Assembly (NCBI RefSeq): GCF_001194135.2
Contig: NC_068985.1
Coordinates: forward strand, 30,828,829 to 30,892,828
From: Octopus bimaculoides
Taxonomy: Eukaryota
DNA length: 64,000 nt
Direction: 5' to 3'
The notes under the pieces were generated by a model, which was not told where the DNA came from, ran no database searches, and saw only the letters and a list, made by a program, of their open reading frames with translations. A program made the translations under genes and the position numbers. Positions 36,461-49,529 of this stretch are shown piece after piece; position 1 is the stretch's first letter; every line of letters starts with the position of its first letter.

Positions 36461-37597
36461 GCATCAGAGGAACGATGCATACCCTGTGTGCAGATAAATT
36501 TTTTCGCAAATGATAGTGACTTACAATGTGTTGTTTACCCATGATTTTTAGTCAAACTAAATTAATTAAAACTTTTTTGTTTTAAGTATCACCGTTATAG
36601 ATATTTATACTCCAGTGAAATTAAGAAATCAACTTGTAAATAAACAAAACCCTCGAATCTATCAGTGTACACACACACGCACACATATCTATGTATGTAT
36701 TTATTTATGTATGTATGTATGTATGTATGTATGCACATATGTGTCTACGCACATAGGTATACCATGATCTATATCGACATAGACGAGGATTGATTCATAT
36801 AAAAAGAAAGTGAACAAAATATGACCACTTACTTATCGGGAAATTTGTAAGTTCGTTTTTTTTTTTTTCTTTAATTTTCACCATTATAGGTATTTGTACT
36901 CTGGTCATCATCATTATTTAACATCCGTTGTCCATGCTGGCATGGGTTGGATGGTTTGACTGAGCTGGTATGCTGGAAGGCTGCACCAAGATCCAGTCTG
37001 ATTTGGCATGGTTTCCTATGGCTGGATGCCCTTCCTAATGCCAACCACTCCGAGAGTGTAATGGGTTCTTTTACGTGCCACCAGCATGTGTGCCATTTGC
37101 ATGGCACTGGTATCTACCATGACTGTGTGATTTTGCTCTGCTTGATGGGTCTTCTTCTCAAGCACAACATAATGCCAAAGGTCTTGGTCATTGCCTCCGT
37201 GAGGCACAAGAAATCAAATCATAAATAAATGAAACCTTCAAATCCATCACTGTATGCACGCGCGCGCACACACACACACAGTCGCATATCTGTGTATGTA
37301 TGTATGTTTGTACGCACACGTCTACATGCATAGTCACACCATAATCGATTCATATGAAAAAGAAAGTGAACAAAATAATATGACTGCTTGCTTATCAGGA
37401 AATTTGTAAGTTCGATTTTTTTTTTTTTTTTAAGATAATCAAACCAAATGTTCATCATTTCAAGCCACTCACCCAATGAGTATTTCTGCCAAATGTGGTA
37501 AAAATCTTTTCAGCCATTTTCCAGTAGTTTTGCAAACACACAGACAAAGACATGTGATTACAATACCCTGCTTTTGCTTATGCGCGCAGGGTAATAA
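36461..37597 (-). mobile_element. DINE-1/HINE-like non-autonomous Helentron element with internal tandem units and a nested RTE 3' fragment
   Basis: 5' TTATTACCCTGCGCGCA..GCAGGGTA hairpin, 3' subTIR TGCACACAGGGTA plus GCATC..GATGC stem-loop and T run, two internal ~80-bp cores with microsatellites. Confidence 0.75.
36903..37212 (-). mobile_element. RTE 3' fragment nested in the HINE
   Basis: catcatcattatttaacatccg...ggatgcccttcctaatgccaacc...ggtcattgcctccgtgagg. Confidence 0.8.
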
Positions 37598-38560
37598 TTT
37601 GTTTATTTACCATTTAGTCCAATGTGTTATACAGTCATTCTATTTCATTTATAATCTAGCTATTGAACATTGTCACTCAGTAAAGACATGTTTGTTGTCA
37701 ACTCTTGCTTCTCTATTAAGCAACTCTGAACTTAGGCTAATTATCATTTTAATCATTTTCATTCTACTGAACTACAATATTGTTTTTTATTTCCTTTCCT
37801 CTTGTGACAAGAATTAGTTTATATCACTGTAAAGATTTTGTGGCCCTATTTATTTGCTGTTTCAGAACTTATTAATGCTGAAACAATAATGCAGATTTAG
37901 TTCTTTATTTTCTTAAACATTACATGAAGTGCAGTAGTTAAATCAGATCTGTCTGATATGAATGGGTTTTCTAATGGGTTGAACCACCACAAAGTGTCCT
38001 TCACTGGCTCTCCTGGATGGCTTGGCTTGTTTCTAAGCCAAAAGATCAGTCTTTGCTGGAGAATAAAACAACAGATTAAATAGTATTGTTGAAGTTGTAG
38101 CATATTAAATTAACAATCGTTCAATTCCAGAACTGGAAATCAAAGCTAATCCTAGCATGATCTAAAATTATTAATTAATTCATTTAATCTAACAATCTAA
38201 TAATGTTTTGGCTTTTCTCCAACTTGCTTTATAAATAAAATAGCCAGTAACATTAGATGATATTCTTGCAGTAACTGATAAGGAAGACCTTTGAATGTTG
38301 TGAACTGAATCCACTTTGAGTAATAATTTGGATTATAAATTATGAGCAAATTAAATATCCTTAAGTTGGATATTTGATTTTGATTTTTGGACTATTAACC
38401 TCATCTTTAGACATTAATTTTTTTTTTAATATTTACGTCCATACTAAGTTTCATCTCTGATTGTTATCGAGTATCTCAGTGTGTACATGATATCAAACTA
38501 GAAATCTTAATTTCTATACTTAGGTTAATTACACACTCTTATTCATGTGATCATTTATAC

Positions 38561-38807
38561 CAGTAGTTCTTGTCTATGGACCCCTTTGATTCCTATTTTA
38601 CTCAAGTGGATCCCTAATATACATTCTATGCTTAAAAAAGTACCATTATATTTTTATGATTTAAATATTATTAGGAATTGTATAAAAGAAAATTATTAAA
38701 ATATATTGTGTATTATAGAAGTATAACCAATTTATTGCACATAAATTTTAACTACAAAATCTTATGTGAACCCTTAAAGGCCATATGGTCCTAGTTGAGA
38801 ACCACTG
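38561..38807. mobile_element. hAT (Charlie-like) MITE
   Basis: cagtagttct...gagaaccactg ends; 8-bp TSD atttatac / atttattc. Confidence 0.78.
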
Positions 38808-39039
38808 ATTTATTCTAGTAGATATGAGCACTTTTATTTTTAGCTTAGAAATAAATTTTCTGGTTTTAATCCAATCTAATACAATATACACATTCTAGAA
38901 TAAGATGCCTATTGATAACCAGTGTTCAAACCAAGCAAAACATGGCATAGATGTAAATATGTAAAGAATTTTATCTCTAAAGATAAGGTCTGAAAATATG
39001 AAATAATTAATTATTGTAAGAATCCTTTCTGCTATAGGC

Positions 39040-39240
39040 ATAAGGCTTGAAAGTTTTGGAGAGGGGATAGTTGATTACATTGACACCAGTACTTGGTTGG
39101 TACTTAATTTATGGACCCTGAAAGGATGAAAGGCAAAGTTGACCTTGGCACCATTTGAACTCAGGACATAAAGACAAATGAAATGCTGCTGAGCATTTTC
39201 TCCAGCATGTTAACAATTCCTCCAGCTTGCTACCTTAATA
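39040..39240 (-). mobile_element. SINE family B
   Basis: ggtacttaatttatggaccctgaaaggatgaaaggcaaagttgacc...gaactcag. Confidence 0.8.
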
Positions 39241-39340
39241 ATGATAATTATCCTTTCTATTAAAGGCATAAGACCTGAAATTTGGTGGGAGGGGACTCGT
39301 CGATTACATCAACCCCCAGTGTTTCACTGGTACTTAATTT

Positions 39341-40032
39341 GAGAGAAAAGCTGAACATTAGAAGCATCAGTTGTGGCGTGCAAGAGAGACGATTGCGCTG
39401 GTATGGACATGTGGTGAGAATGGATGAGGATAGCTGCGTGAAAAAGTGCCACACCCTAACAGTTGAGGGAACCCGTGGAAGAGGTAGGCCCAGGAAGACC
39501 TGGCTCCTGTAGGATTTTCGAGCGAGATCGTTGCCAGTGCCCCTGGACTGGCTTGTGCGAGTGGCACATAAAAGACACCATTTCGAGCGTGGCCGTTTTC
39601 ATGCGGGTGACACGTAAAAGCACCCACTACACTCTCTGAGTGGTTGGCGTTAGGAAGGGCATCCAGCTGTAGAAACTCTGCCAAATCAGACTGGAGCCTG
39701 GTGTTGCCATCCGGTTTCACCAGTCCTCAGTNNNNNNNNNNCTGGCTCCTGTAGGATTTTCGAGCGAGATCGTTGCCAGTGCCCCTGGACTGGCTTGTGC
39801 GAGTGGCACATAAAAGACACCATTTCGAGCGTGGCCGTTTTCATGCGGGTGACACGTAAAAGCACCCACTACACTCTCTGAGTGGTTGGCGTTAGGAAGG
39901 GCATCCAGCTGTAGAAACTCTGCCAAATCAGACTGGAGCCTGGTGTTGCCATCCGGTTTCACCAGTCCTCAGTCAAATCGTCCAACCCATGCTAGCATGG
40001 AAAGCGGACGTTAAACGATGATGATGATGATG
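39341..40032 (+). mobile_element. Young RTE 3' fragment inserted into a minus-strand SINE B (39250-40130)
   Basis: REKLNIRSISCGVQERRLRWYGHVVRMDEDSCVKKC...RPRKTW, an internal deletion into the UTR and a (GAT)n tail. SINE B halves lie on both sides. Includes an artefactual 232-bp duplication. Confidence 0.88.
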
Positions 40033-40749
40033 AAAGAATGAAAGGCAAAGTGGACCTTGGTAGAATCTGAACTCAGAACATAACAACAGGTGAAATATTG
40101 CTAACGATTCTACCAGCTCACCACCTTAATAATAAGAACTCATTGCTTAAATAACCACTTAAATAACCAGCTGATATGTAAATATTAATGACTTGTAGGC
40201 TCATGGTATTTTGTTATGCAATAATAATATACTACAAAGTATATTAAATGTCTTCTTTTTTTATAAGTCAATACCATGTACTACTGTGTTAGCAGTGCAC
40301 TTGAATCATTTGTTAAGGTCATCTCTACAGATTTTGTGTAGAAATTATAGTCAGCACTGGTTTTGTTACAACATTTCGTATCTGAGGTGTCAGATGTAAG
40401 CAAACAATGAGATCAAAGATGTAAAAATGGGTAATGGGCGTATATGCCATATTTCAGAAGTTTTTGCTCCATCATCAGTATCCATCTAACTTATTAATCA
40501 TCCACAAGCTCGTTGCATAAATAGCCACTACATATAGTGGTGTGACGTTATTGGATATACCAATTTACATATTAAACACATTCCTGGAAGCTGGTACATA
40601 AATATTAAGTGATTGTGTGTTGGACACTTGCAGCAAGGCAGTGGTTGGACAACCTGATGAATGCAGAAACAGTTACTGGCTGGTAGAGGTTATGTTTTGA
40701 GGTGAGAAAGAGATTGAGGGTGTTTATGGTTTCTGTATATTAGTCTGGA

Positions 40750-41137
40750 GTGGAGGCGCAATGGCCCAGTGGTTAGGGCAGTGGACTCACGGTCATAGGA
40801 TCGCAGTTTCGATTCCCAGACCGGGTGTTGTGAGTGTTTATTGAGCGAAAACACCTAAAGCTCCACGAGGCTCTGGCAGGGGATGGTCGCGAACCCTGCT
40901 GTACTCTTTCACCACAACTTTCTCTCACTCTTCCTGTTCCTGTTGTGCCTGTAATTCAAAGGGTCAGCCTTGTCACACTGTGTCACGCTGAATATCCCCG
41001 AGAACTACATTAAGGGTACACGTATCTGTGGAGTGCTCAGCCACTTGCACGTTAACTTCACGAGCAGGCTGTTCTGTTGATCGGACCAACTGGAACCCTC
41101 GACGTTGTAAGCGATGGAGTGCCAACAACAACACAAC
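40750..41137 (+). mobile_element. Full-length tRNA-derived SINE (family D) with (CAA)n tail
   Basis: A box tggcccagtgg, B-box-like gtttcgattccc; exact 11-bp TSD attagtctgga (40739-40749, 41138-41148). Confidence 0.88.
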
Positions 41138-42016
41138 ATTAGTCTGGAATACAAGGAGGTGAAACAAAAGTTGGTGCAAAGAGTTGAAAATAGTAAAGCA
41201 TTTGGCTTTTGTAACTTCAGAATGGGGATGTGGGATGAGTGTGAGAGCAATGAGGAGCTGTGAGTGTTGAAGTTTCTGTGAGCAATGACTTTGTAGAGGG
41301 GAGAAGTGAGATATTTATTTGTTCTTAGCATAGGATGAGATATGATCAGATCTGCTGGTGGTTTGAGGATTTCAGAGAGTAATAGGAGGGAGACTTTTAG
41401 TCAGGGTAACTGAAAGGTTTTATTGCTGACTTTTTGGTGAGAGTCAGGGAGAGTGGAGTCTATATGTGCACAAACACCACCATATGAAGTGAAATATACT
41501 TATTATAGTAGTTATTATACCGTAACTTACATTTTCAGATCTAGTTCATGTATCTATAGAAAATGTTCACACACACTTTCTGTTAGCAGTGTGTGTGAGT
41601 GGTGGTGGTGGTGTTGGTGGTGGCGACAGACAAAGATACAAGAAGAAAACAATGGAGCAACTGAAAGTTATTTTTGTGTTGAATAGATCTGTAAATTTGC
41701 AGACAGCAGTGGCTAAATATCAAGACAGTCATTACTGGTAGCTAATTTTAGATCATATATCCTTGTAACTACTGAATAGCATCAAATATTGGTTTAATGA
41801 CCAATTTTCTTTCTTTCCTTCCTTCTCTCTTTCTGGTTTTATCTCTACTCTTCCCTCTCTCTCTTTCTGAAGCATTCAAGCATCTATGTGTGTATAAGTG
41901 TATATACACATTTGTGTATGTACACATACACACACACTCACACACACACACACACTCACGTATTTATATGTAACTACACATTTGTGTATGTACACACTCA
42001 CACACACACACACACA

Positions 42017-42063
<47 letters not shown>

Positions 42064-42089
42064 GTATTTATATATAACTAGCTGCAAGA

Positions 42090-42775
42090 CAATTGTTGGT
42101 AAGGAGATTCAATAGGAACAGCATGAACAACATGATGAGAAGAGTGAGAGTGGTAGGAATGAGGTCTGGGAGATAGGTGAGTACTGGGAGTGAGAGTGTG
42201 ATGTGAAGGGTTGAGAATGCTCTGGGAGAGAGAGACAGTGACGGGAGAAATGGATGTCAATAATAAGTGATAGGGGAGGAAGGAGAGACAGTGATGGCTA
42301 GCAATAAAGAAGGGTTGATGATAAAGTGGGTAGAACTGAATACAGATAGAGCCAATGCCATATAATCTGTCATTACACAAGTGGTATGATGGGAGAGAGA
42401 TGGTGATAGCTGGGAGGCACATTGATAGAAGTAGCCATGAGTGAAAAATGAGAGTATAATGAAGAGAAGAGGTGAGTGATGCATGGAGTCTTAATGTGAA
42501 CATACTGGTTGAGAAAGACCCAAATGCAAATCCTATACATCCCAATCTCCATTATCATTTTTACATCTGTTTATCTAGAGCTCGTCACAAGTCACGGTCC
42601 TTTGTTTTCTCTTCCATGAATTTCATCCTTTTGAGATCAGTCTTCCCATTTGATGCCATCTCTTCTTTGACCTCTTTCTCCCACGGGTTCCATCCATCTG
42701 GAGCACTCAGTACTTCTTAACACAACTAGCATCCTCTATACCACTTTCTGCATGGAGATATCAATTTTTATCCAT
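42090..42775 (-). mobile_element. Old RTE 3' end with pyrimidine-rich UTR
   Basis: Minus strand gaggatgctagttgtgttaagaag...ggaacccgtgggaga (EDxxCVKK..GTRGR), followed by a C/T-rich tract. Confidence 0.62.
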
Positions 42776-42861
42776 GATTAAAAAAAAAAAAAGAAACGAT
42801 TGGCATTTATTTCACAATGTTTCTAAATTCTTATGCAAACAACATACAGTGGGGGGGGGGG

Positions 42862-42962
42862 CAGTTGATTAGATCGACCCCAGTATGCAACTGGTACTTA
42901 ATTTAGCAACCCCGAAAGAATGAAAGGCAAAGTCGACCTCGGTGGAATTTGAACTCAGAACG
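42862..42962 (-). mobile_element. SINE family B central fragment
   Basis: gatcgaccccagt...ggtacttaattt...gaaaggcaaagtcgacctcgg...gaactcagaacg. Confidence 0.78.
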
Positions 42963-43358
42963 TTTTTGCCGCTTTAGAAAGAATATATATTGAACACAAC
43001 TGAACAACTTCCTTTGTCAGCTGCCTATTGTATGTCAATGTAATTTCAGCAGTTTATGGCAAAACCACTACTTCTGATAGTGTTACACAGCCTTAGAAAA
43101 TGTAGTCCAATGCTGTTTCAAAATATGCAAATAAAATGCTTGTACCCAGTCTAAAAATCACAAATGTATAAAACTTTTATAAATCAACATACAGAATAAA
43201 GCTAAAACATATAAATAAATAATAATCTAATATAATAAATGCGTAAACTAATTTCTGGGTGTCAGTGTGTCACACTTTGACCCCAGCTCTCACTATTCAG
43301 TGACACTTCTGCATGCTGGGGTAAGAATAATAGAGACTGTGAGAGCAGTGGAGAAGGC

Positions 43359-43389
<31 letters not shown>

Positions 43390-43869
43390 GAAAGAGAGAG
43401 AGAGAAAGGAAGAAAGAAAAAGAGAGGGAGAGAAAGAGAGACAAAAAAAATTTAGGGAGAGTTGATGATGTTTTATTAAAAGTGGTAGTGTTGATGATGG
43501 CAATGGGAGTAATAATAAGAGAGAGAAAGAGGGAGATGATGTACAACTTTCATGGACAGAAATTTCTGTGGTCAGCATACTGAACCAACTACTGAACACT
43601 CATTTTTGTTATAATTTTTTGCTTTCTGTAATACATATATATGTGTATGTGTGTACACACACACACACACACATATAATACACTTTAATTGAAATACAGT
43701 TTCCCCAAAATTAAACATATCTAATATAATAAATGTGAATGTCAGTGTGTCAGAGTAAATTAAAAACATTCTGGGCCAATTCTGGACCTGTAATCCTGAA
43801 ATTTTGGATTCCTATGTTTTCATTACTGCAGTTGTTTTTGGCGATTTTTTTTTTTTTTTTTTTTTTTAC

Positions 43870-43975
43870 ATGACTTTTAGTGATGAATATGATCATCCTT
43901 GGGATATGACTCTGGAGGAAGCAATTGTAACAAATTCTCCAAAACAAGTCAGAAATCTGTTTGCACGTCTTCCCA
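43870..43975 (+). mobile_element. Helitron RepHel coding fragment
   Basis: DEYDHPWDMTLEEAIVTNSPKQVRNLFARL matches the Helitron DDxHWxxTLxEA...PxQxRxLFA motif upstream of the helicase. Confidence 0.55.
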
Positions 43976-46482
43976 TTCAGGGTTAGTTGCTTTAAAGCTA
44001 CATACTAGCATAGAAGCCACCCAATAGGGTAACTTTTAAGCTAGTTACTAATATATCAACTTATATAAATTAGATGCTAATAGANNNNNNNNNNGAAACA
44101 TACTACAATAAGCAATAAATCATAAGCACTAATATACAAGATGAAGATTAAAACTTACAAATAATTAATTATTAATAAACTAACTTATATAAACTTATTT
44201 AAATACTAATAAATAAAACATTGGAAACAGCTTTATTCAAAGAAATAAGACATTGATATATCAAGATAAAAGAAGAGGCTACATGATCACCATCTGGTTA
44301 CAGATTACATTACCAGAGAGCTAATTTTCATCTGTACAACCTATGTAAGCTCTTGCATATAAAAGAAAGACTATTCTTCAAACTGGAACTTGTGGAGGGA
44401 CATAAAACACCAAAGCAGAAGAGATCATCATTTGAAATGAGGAGAGAGAGACTAACAATCCTGTGGGTGACATTTCATATGTTTGTTTTTTTAAATTCAC
44501 AATTAGGATCATTATCAGCAAAAATCTGCAGACCTTCCCCTGTCAATATCATAACCATATTCTTTACAATTAACTAAAGAGCAGCAGGTGAAACTTCCAT
44601 GTCCTCTTCTTACCCTGCAACTCACCCTAGTTCTTATAATATCAGCTTCTCATTAGACAAACATTCTTTATGGTACTCTTGTAACTCAGTGTTATCATTT
44701 TGGTTGTATATGATTAAACAACATATGAACAAGCTATTGTAAATACCTGGTTATTTTTCTTTTTTTACAAACTGTTCTTCTACTCATGTTTATCAAAGTT
44801 TTTATTTAGAATTAAACTTCAATGATAAAAGACCTAAATTATGTCTTTTTCCTCAGTTAGCACAGGGACTTTAGCCCAAGTAGTCTCCCCTCCCTTCAAC
44901 AATTCACCTTTAAAACTAACTCATTTTCAATGTGTTTTTTTTATTACTAATTTTCAGAAATTCAGATTCATTAATCATGTGTGTCTTAAAAGAATGTAGC
45001 TGTTGCCTATCTTCTTACCAAGACTTACTGATAAAAAAAACTTTTGACTTTCATGAATGCATATCAAGGTTATTCAATGCAACATTAAATTTTAACACTC
45101 CTAGCTTTTGAAGGTAAATAAATGAATAATAAGTCAATCAGTTTCTTGACCTGTTTGAATTAATGTTCATGTAGTTTCAGTGGTGTAAGCTATACAAAGT
45201 ATTATTTAGTAGCTACTTTTTATCTGCATGCTCAAGATAGCAATAGCAAATAGTATAACCAGTTGTCTTGAAAACTGAAAATTGTAATTCATACTTGAGT
45301 TGCTAGGTTAGTTGAAAAATATATAATATTAAATAGCACCACACTTTTCTAAGCATGCAGGGTTAACTCAGTACACTTGATGTTTGATCTCATATTTATA
45401 TACATGTCTAAATATTTTGGAGTGATTATTTGACTAGAATGAAAGAGTGAAGTTTTTGAATACCAAAGTTTTTTGTACTAGATTCAAATATTGCATAGGT
45501 AGGGTTTGAGTGAAATGTCTGAGTGTTGATTTAGAGTTATATGTATGTTATCTGGCTAGGAGGCCTCTTGTATAGCAGACGACAAGATGAGTTAGAGTTT
45601 AATTCAGCATTCATTCATTACATTTAATAGTTCAGTGACATCTTTCTGTATCATCTATGTCTGTTTACGAATTTCAATCTCTTACAGTGTCTACTCATTG
45701 ATTTGAATTCTATAAATAGCATAAATCTAACATTGCCAATTATATAAACATTATCTATAAAATGGTCCTCATTGCTGTCTCATGTAGTTAGTTCTAGTTT
45801 GTTTATTTCTTCAATCTGTCTACAGATTCATTAGGTCATCACTCTGTTAACCACCAAGCTAGCTAATGACCTAACTTGCTACAACTCTTAATACAGAAGT
45901 GTTTATGATGAAGCCATTTGGATTTCAATCTGGTAGCAACAATAGTGGTGACACTAATTAGTGGAGGTGGGGAACAAAAAAGTACCAAAGACAAAATTTG
46001 CTACTTGAAAAATAAGACTAAATGAACTGCAAGTGAGGTTTTTTTATTTTTTTCATATACTTGGATTATTATATTGCTAACTTCAGAATACATAGTCTGA
46101 GTTGATGTGACTAAAATTCAAACTGTTCTAAAACTTTGTTTTGAACTGTACCTACCACCTGCTTTTAATGTACAAATGTTTAGAAAAGAAATATAATAAA
46201 AAGCTTTGTCCTGTCAAAAACCTGTCATAATAACTAGAATATATTTTTCTCTTAACTTCAACCATTAGAATTGTAATTTCCTTTTGATTTATNNNNNNNN
46301 NNNNNNNNNNNNNNNNNNNNNNNNNNNNNNNNNNNNNNNNNNNNNNNNNNNNNNNNNNNNNNNNNNNNNNNNNNNNNNNNNNNNNNNNNNNNNNNNNNNN
46401 NNNNNNNNNNNNNNNNNNNNNNNNNNNNNNNNNNNNNNNNNNNNNNNNNNNNNNNNNNNNNNNNNNNNNNNNNNNNNNNNNN

Positions 46483-47660
46483 TATTGAGTCATACCATAA
46501 ATAATTCAGTTTTTTTCAATTACATGAAATAAAAGTTGGAGGGGGCAGGATAAACTACCTGTGTCACCTTGCTATAAAAGCAGGTAGTAATTTTACCTTT
46601 TCCTTACTCTTAGTGCAAGTTTTGAAGAGTACAGTTCAATTTTAGCAGTTATTTTTTCAAAGTTATAATGGAAGTGACAAAGGAGCATATTTGGCTTATT
46701 TTGCTTTATGAGTTCAATAAAGGCAACAACAGAAAGTGTGAGGAATATTAATGCAGTAAATGGGGATCGGACAATAAACGGTAGTTCCAGAAACCACACC
46801 CTAGAAGACAAGCCTCATCCTGGAAGATCTGTAGAGCTCAACAAGGATGTCCTACAAATTCTGGTGGAACAAAATCCCATCGTAACTGTTGAGGAACTAG
46901 CAGCTTTTGATCATTCAACCATTCATAGACACCTGACCTGCGTGCCATTAGAAAAGTCAGCAAATTGGGTCAATGGGTTCCTCACAAACTTTCTGAGTCT
47001 AATCGCGCACAGGGAGTAAATGTGTGCTCTTCTTTGCTGTCATGTCTGATGAGTGAACTTTTTCTGGACTGAATAGTGACTGGTGATGAGAAATGGGTTC
47101 ACTATAAAAATGTCAAACTCCAAAGACAGTGGGTAGGGAAAGGAGAAACACTGGCACCCCAAGCTAAAGAAGGCCTTCACTCATGTAAGGTGTTGTTATC
47201 TGTTTGGTGGGATATGAAAGGTTTAGTCCACTTTGAACTTTTAAACCCAAACCAAATGATAACAAAGAGGTTTATTGCGAGCAGCTTAAGTCAGTGCTAG
47301 AAGAAAAAATGACCACCTTTGGTTTCAAAACAAAAGGTGTTCTTCCATCAAGAGAATGCTCATCCGCATACAGTGAGGATGACATTCCAAAGGCTGGAGC
47401 AGTTTGAGTGGGAAACAATGCCCCATCCACCATATTCGCTGGATATTGCCTCATCTGATTATCGTTTATTCCACAATCTTCAAAATTATTTGGACAGAGA
47501 AAATATAAATTCTGTAGATGAGGTCAGAACAGTACTGGAGGAGTATTTTTCATCACAGACAAGTGAATTTTGGAAGAGGGGCCATGCAAATCTACCAGAT
47601 AGATGGAAGAGCATTGTAGTAAAGAACTTTGTTTATCTTAATTTTGAAAAATAAAAGAAG
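46483..47660 (+). mobile_element. Decayed mariner (DD34D) transposon
   Basis: VTGDEKWVHY, KVLLSVWWD, HQENAHPH and HPPYSLDIASSDY across frameshifts. Putative left TIR at 46483 abuts a gap; the right TIR was not found. Confidence 0.88.
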
Positions 47661-49529
47661 TATATAAATACAGTATTTTTACTCAAAATTTGATGTTTAC
47701 TAAGGGAAATATCAGTAACTATTTGTTTATAACACTAGTTACAAAAACTAAAAATTTCTTCCTCTTACCCTTTTATATTTATTTACATTGTTAATATTTA
47801 TTTTAGCTTGTTGAATTTCAGACCAAGTGAGCCTGTTTTCTGATTGGGTAGTATTCAGAAGAGTGATTCTGCCCATGACCCTTACCAGACCCTCTCAGAC
47901 TGGTTAAATCAATGCAGTTGTGTTTATCTTGAATTTCTGTAGATCGAAGTTTGAAGTGAAAATGGGAGGTGGAAGTGAGTTCTAGGGAAGCACAAATCCA
48001 TGAAGGAAAGATTTTGTTACAGATTTGTCTGTTATAAATATGTTTACCAATGTTTATAAGGTTTATTATCATTTCGTACAGAATATGTAAGTGTTTAAGT
48101 ATATTACTGAGAAATAGATGGGGTATAGTACTGTAGGTATGGTTTCTATTTTTAATAATGTCAGTATGTTTGTGCAGATAAATAAGACAAGGTTGTTTAG
48201 CACAGACAACCTCAATCAATCAGGCCTATAATCAAAAGTATTCCAGCTGTGACCCTTTTCTTTTTTATCAGACATATTTTATCCAGGATCATACCATCCA
48301 ATGTGTTCTTTCCTTTTTAAGGTGGTAGTGTGTGATTTGAAGGATATTTGGCTGCTATTTGTGATCAGATTGCTAATGTCAGAAGTAAAAGCATGACGTC
48401 TTCTTGTTGAGCATCAGTAATTGAAGTTTCTGCATTTAGTAACTGTATTACAAGTGAGTTGTATCTGGAATACAGCTAACTGAGCCACTTGAGTAAAGTG
48501 TAATGAGTGGGGTAATTCTACAAAGTTCGTTCAAATCCTCTTGGCAAGCTTCCAGTAAATTTGGCTGAAGTTTGAGAAGCAAAAGAGCTTGCAAACTATG
48601 TGATACATGAAAACATTTTGTTCTTTGAATGGTCATCTTTCTGGTGGTGGTGATAGTGTTGCAATTTTTCAACCCTCTGATCATGTAAACCTGAACTTAA
48701 AAACATTCCAGCCATGGTCATCTAGTCTTTTTTGATAGTTTATCCAGAACTACATGATCCAATATCCAATTTGTCTAGTGTCTTTCCTATTTCAAGAAGG
48801 CAGGTATGATTTAAGTGAGATTTGGTTGCTGTTTCCTGCAGATCAAATGACTATGTAGAGGTTTTCTATTGGCTCAAACCAAGGAAAGTTGTATGTAATG
48901 AGATGACCAAAACATTTGAAATAAATGTCCTTTCTGTAGGGTGACAGACTAAGTTTGTACAATGCCTAACCCAAATATCATATTCTCTTTTGAAATTCTT
49001 CTTTGTTTTTATGTCACACTGATATTTTAAGCTCGGACAGTTCATGTGTGTTCACTCTAGATTAAATCACGAAATATGAAAAAGCAATTGAAATGTATAC
49101 TTTAATGGGCTCTATGTTTTTCAACTTTTCACTTACATATGAACTTAGAGACTTATAAGTTTACCTTTTCTTATTTGACTTAAAATTTTAATTCTTAACA
49201 AAGGCACAAAACCATACATTTATGGGTGGTATGGTCAAACATCAGCATCAGTATTTCACTAATACTTATTAACTACTGAAGAATAAGAGGCAAAGTCTAT
49301 TTCAATGCAATTCAAACTCAAACCATGAAGAGATGTCTGTCAATACCACAAAGCATTTTCTCCCCACTCTGCCTGTTCTGTCATCACTTGAATAAAACAT
49401 TAAAAGTAGATTTTTTTTGTTTTGTTTATATTTTAATCTTTTTGTAATGTGTATTGATAAACTTTCTTAGGAGGATATTAATTCAAATTTGGTTTTAAAA
49501 TAAAAATTAGTCATAATTCCATTGTTCAA

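Noticed and set aside
39500-39973. Exact 232-bp tandem duplication
   Set aside because: The identical copies flank a 10-N gap (39732-39741); this is an unmerged contig overlap, not biology.
40653-40682. CTGATGA...GAAAC hammerhead-like string
   Set aside because: Helix II (AUGCA) cannot pair, there is no NUH after helix III and no helix I.
40752-40825. tRNA gene
   Set aside because: tRNA-like head continues into a 388-bp element with tail and TSD; it is a SINE. The same applies to SINE A and SINE B heads.
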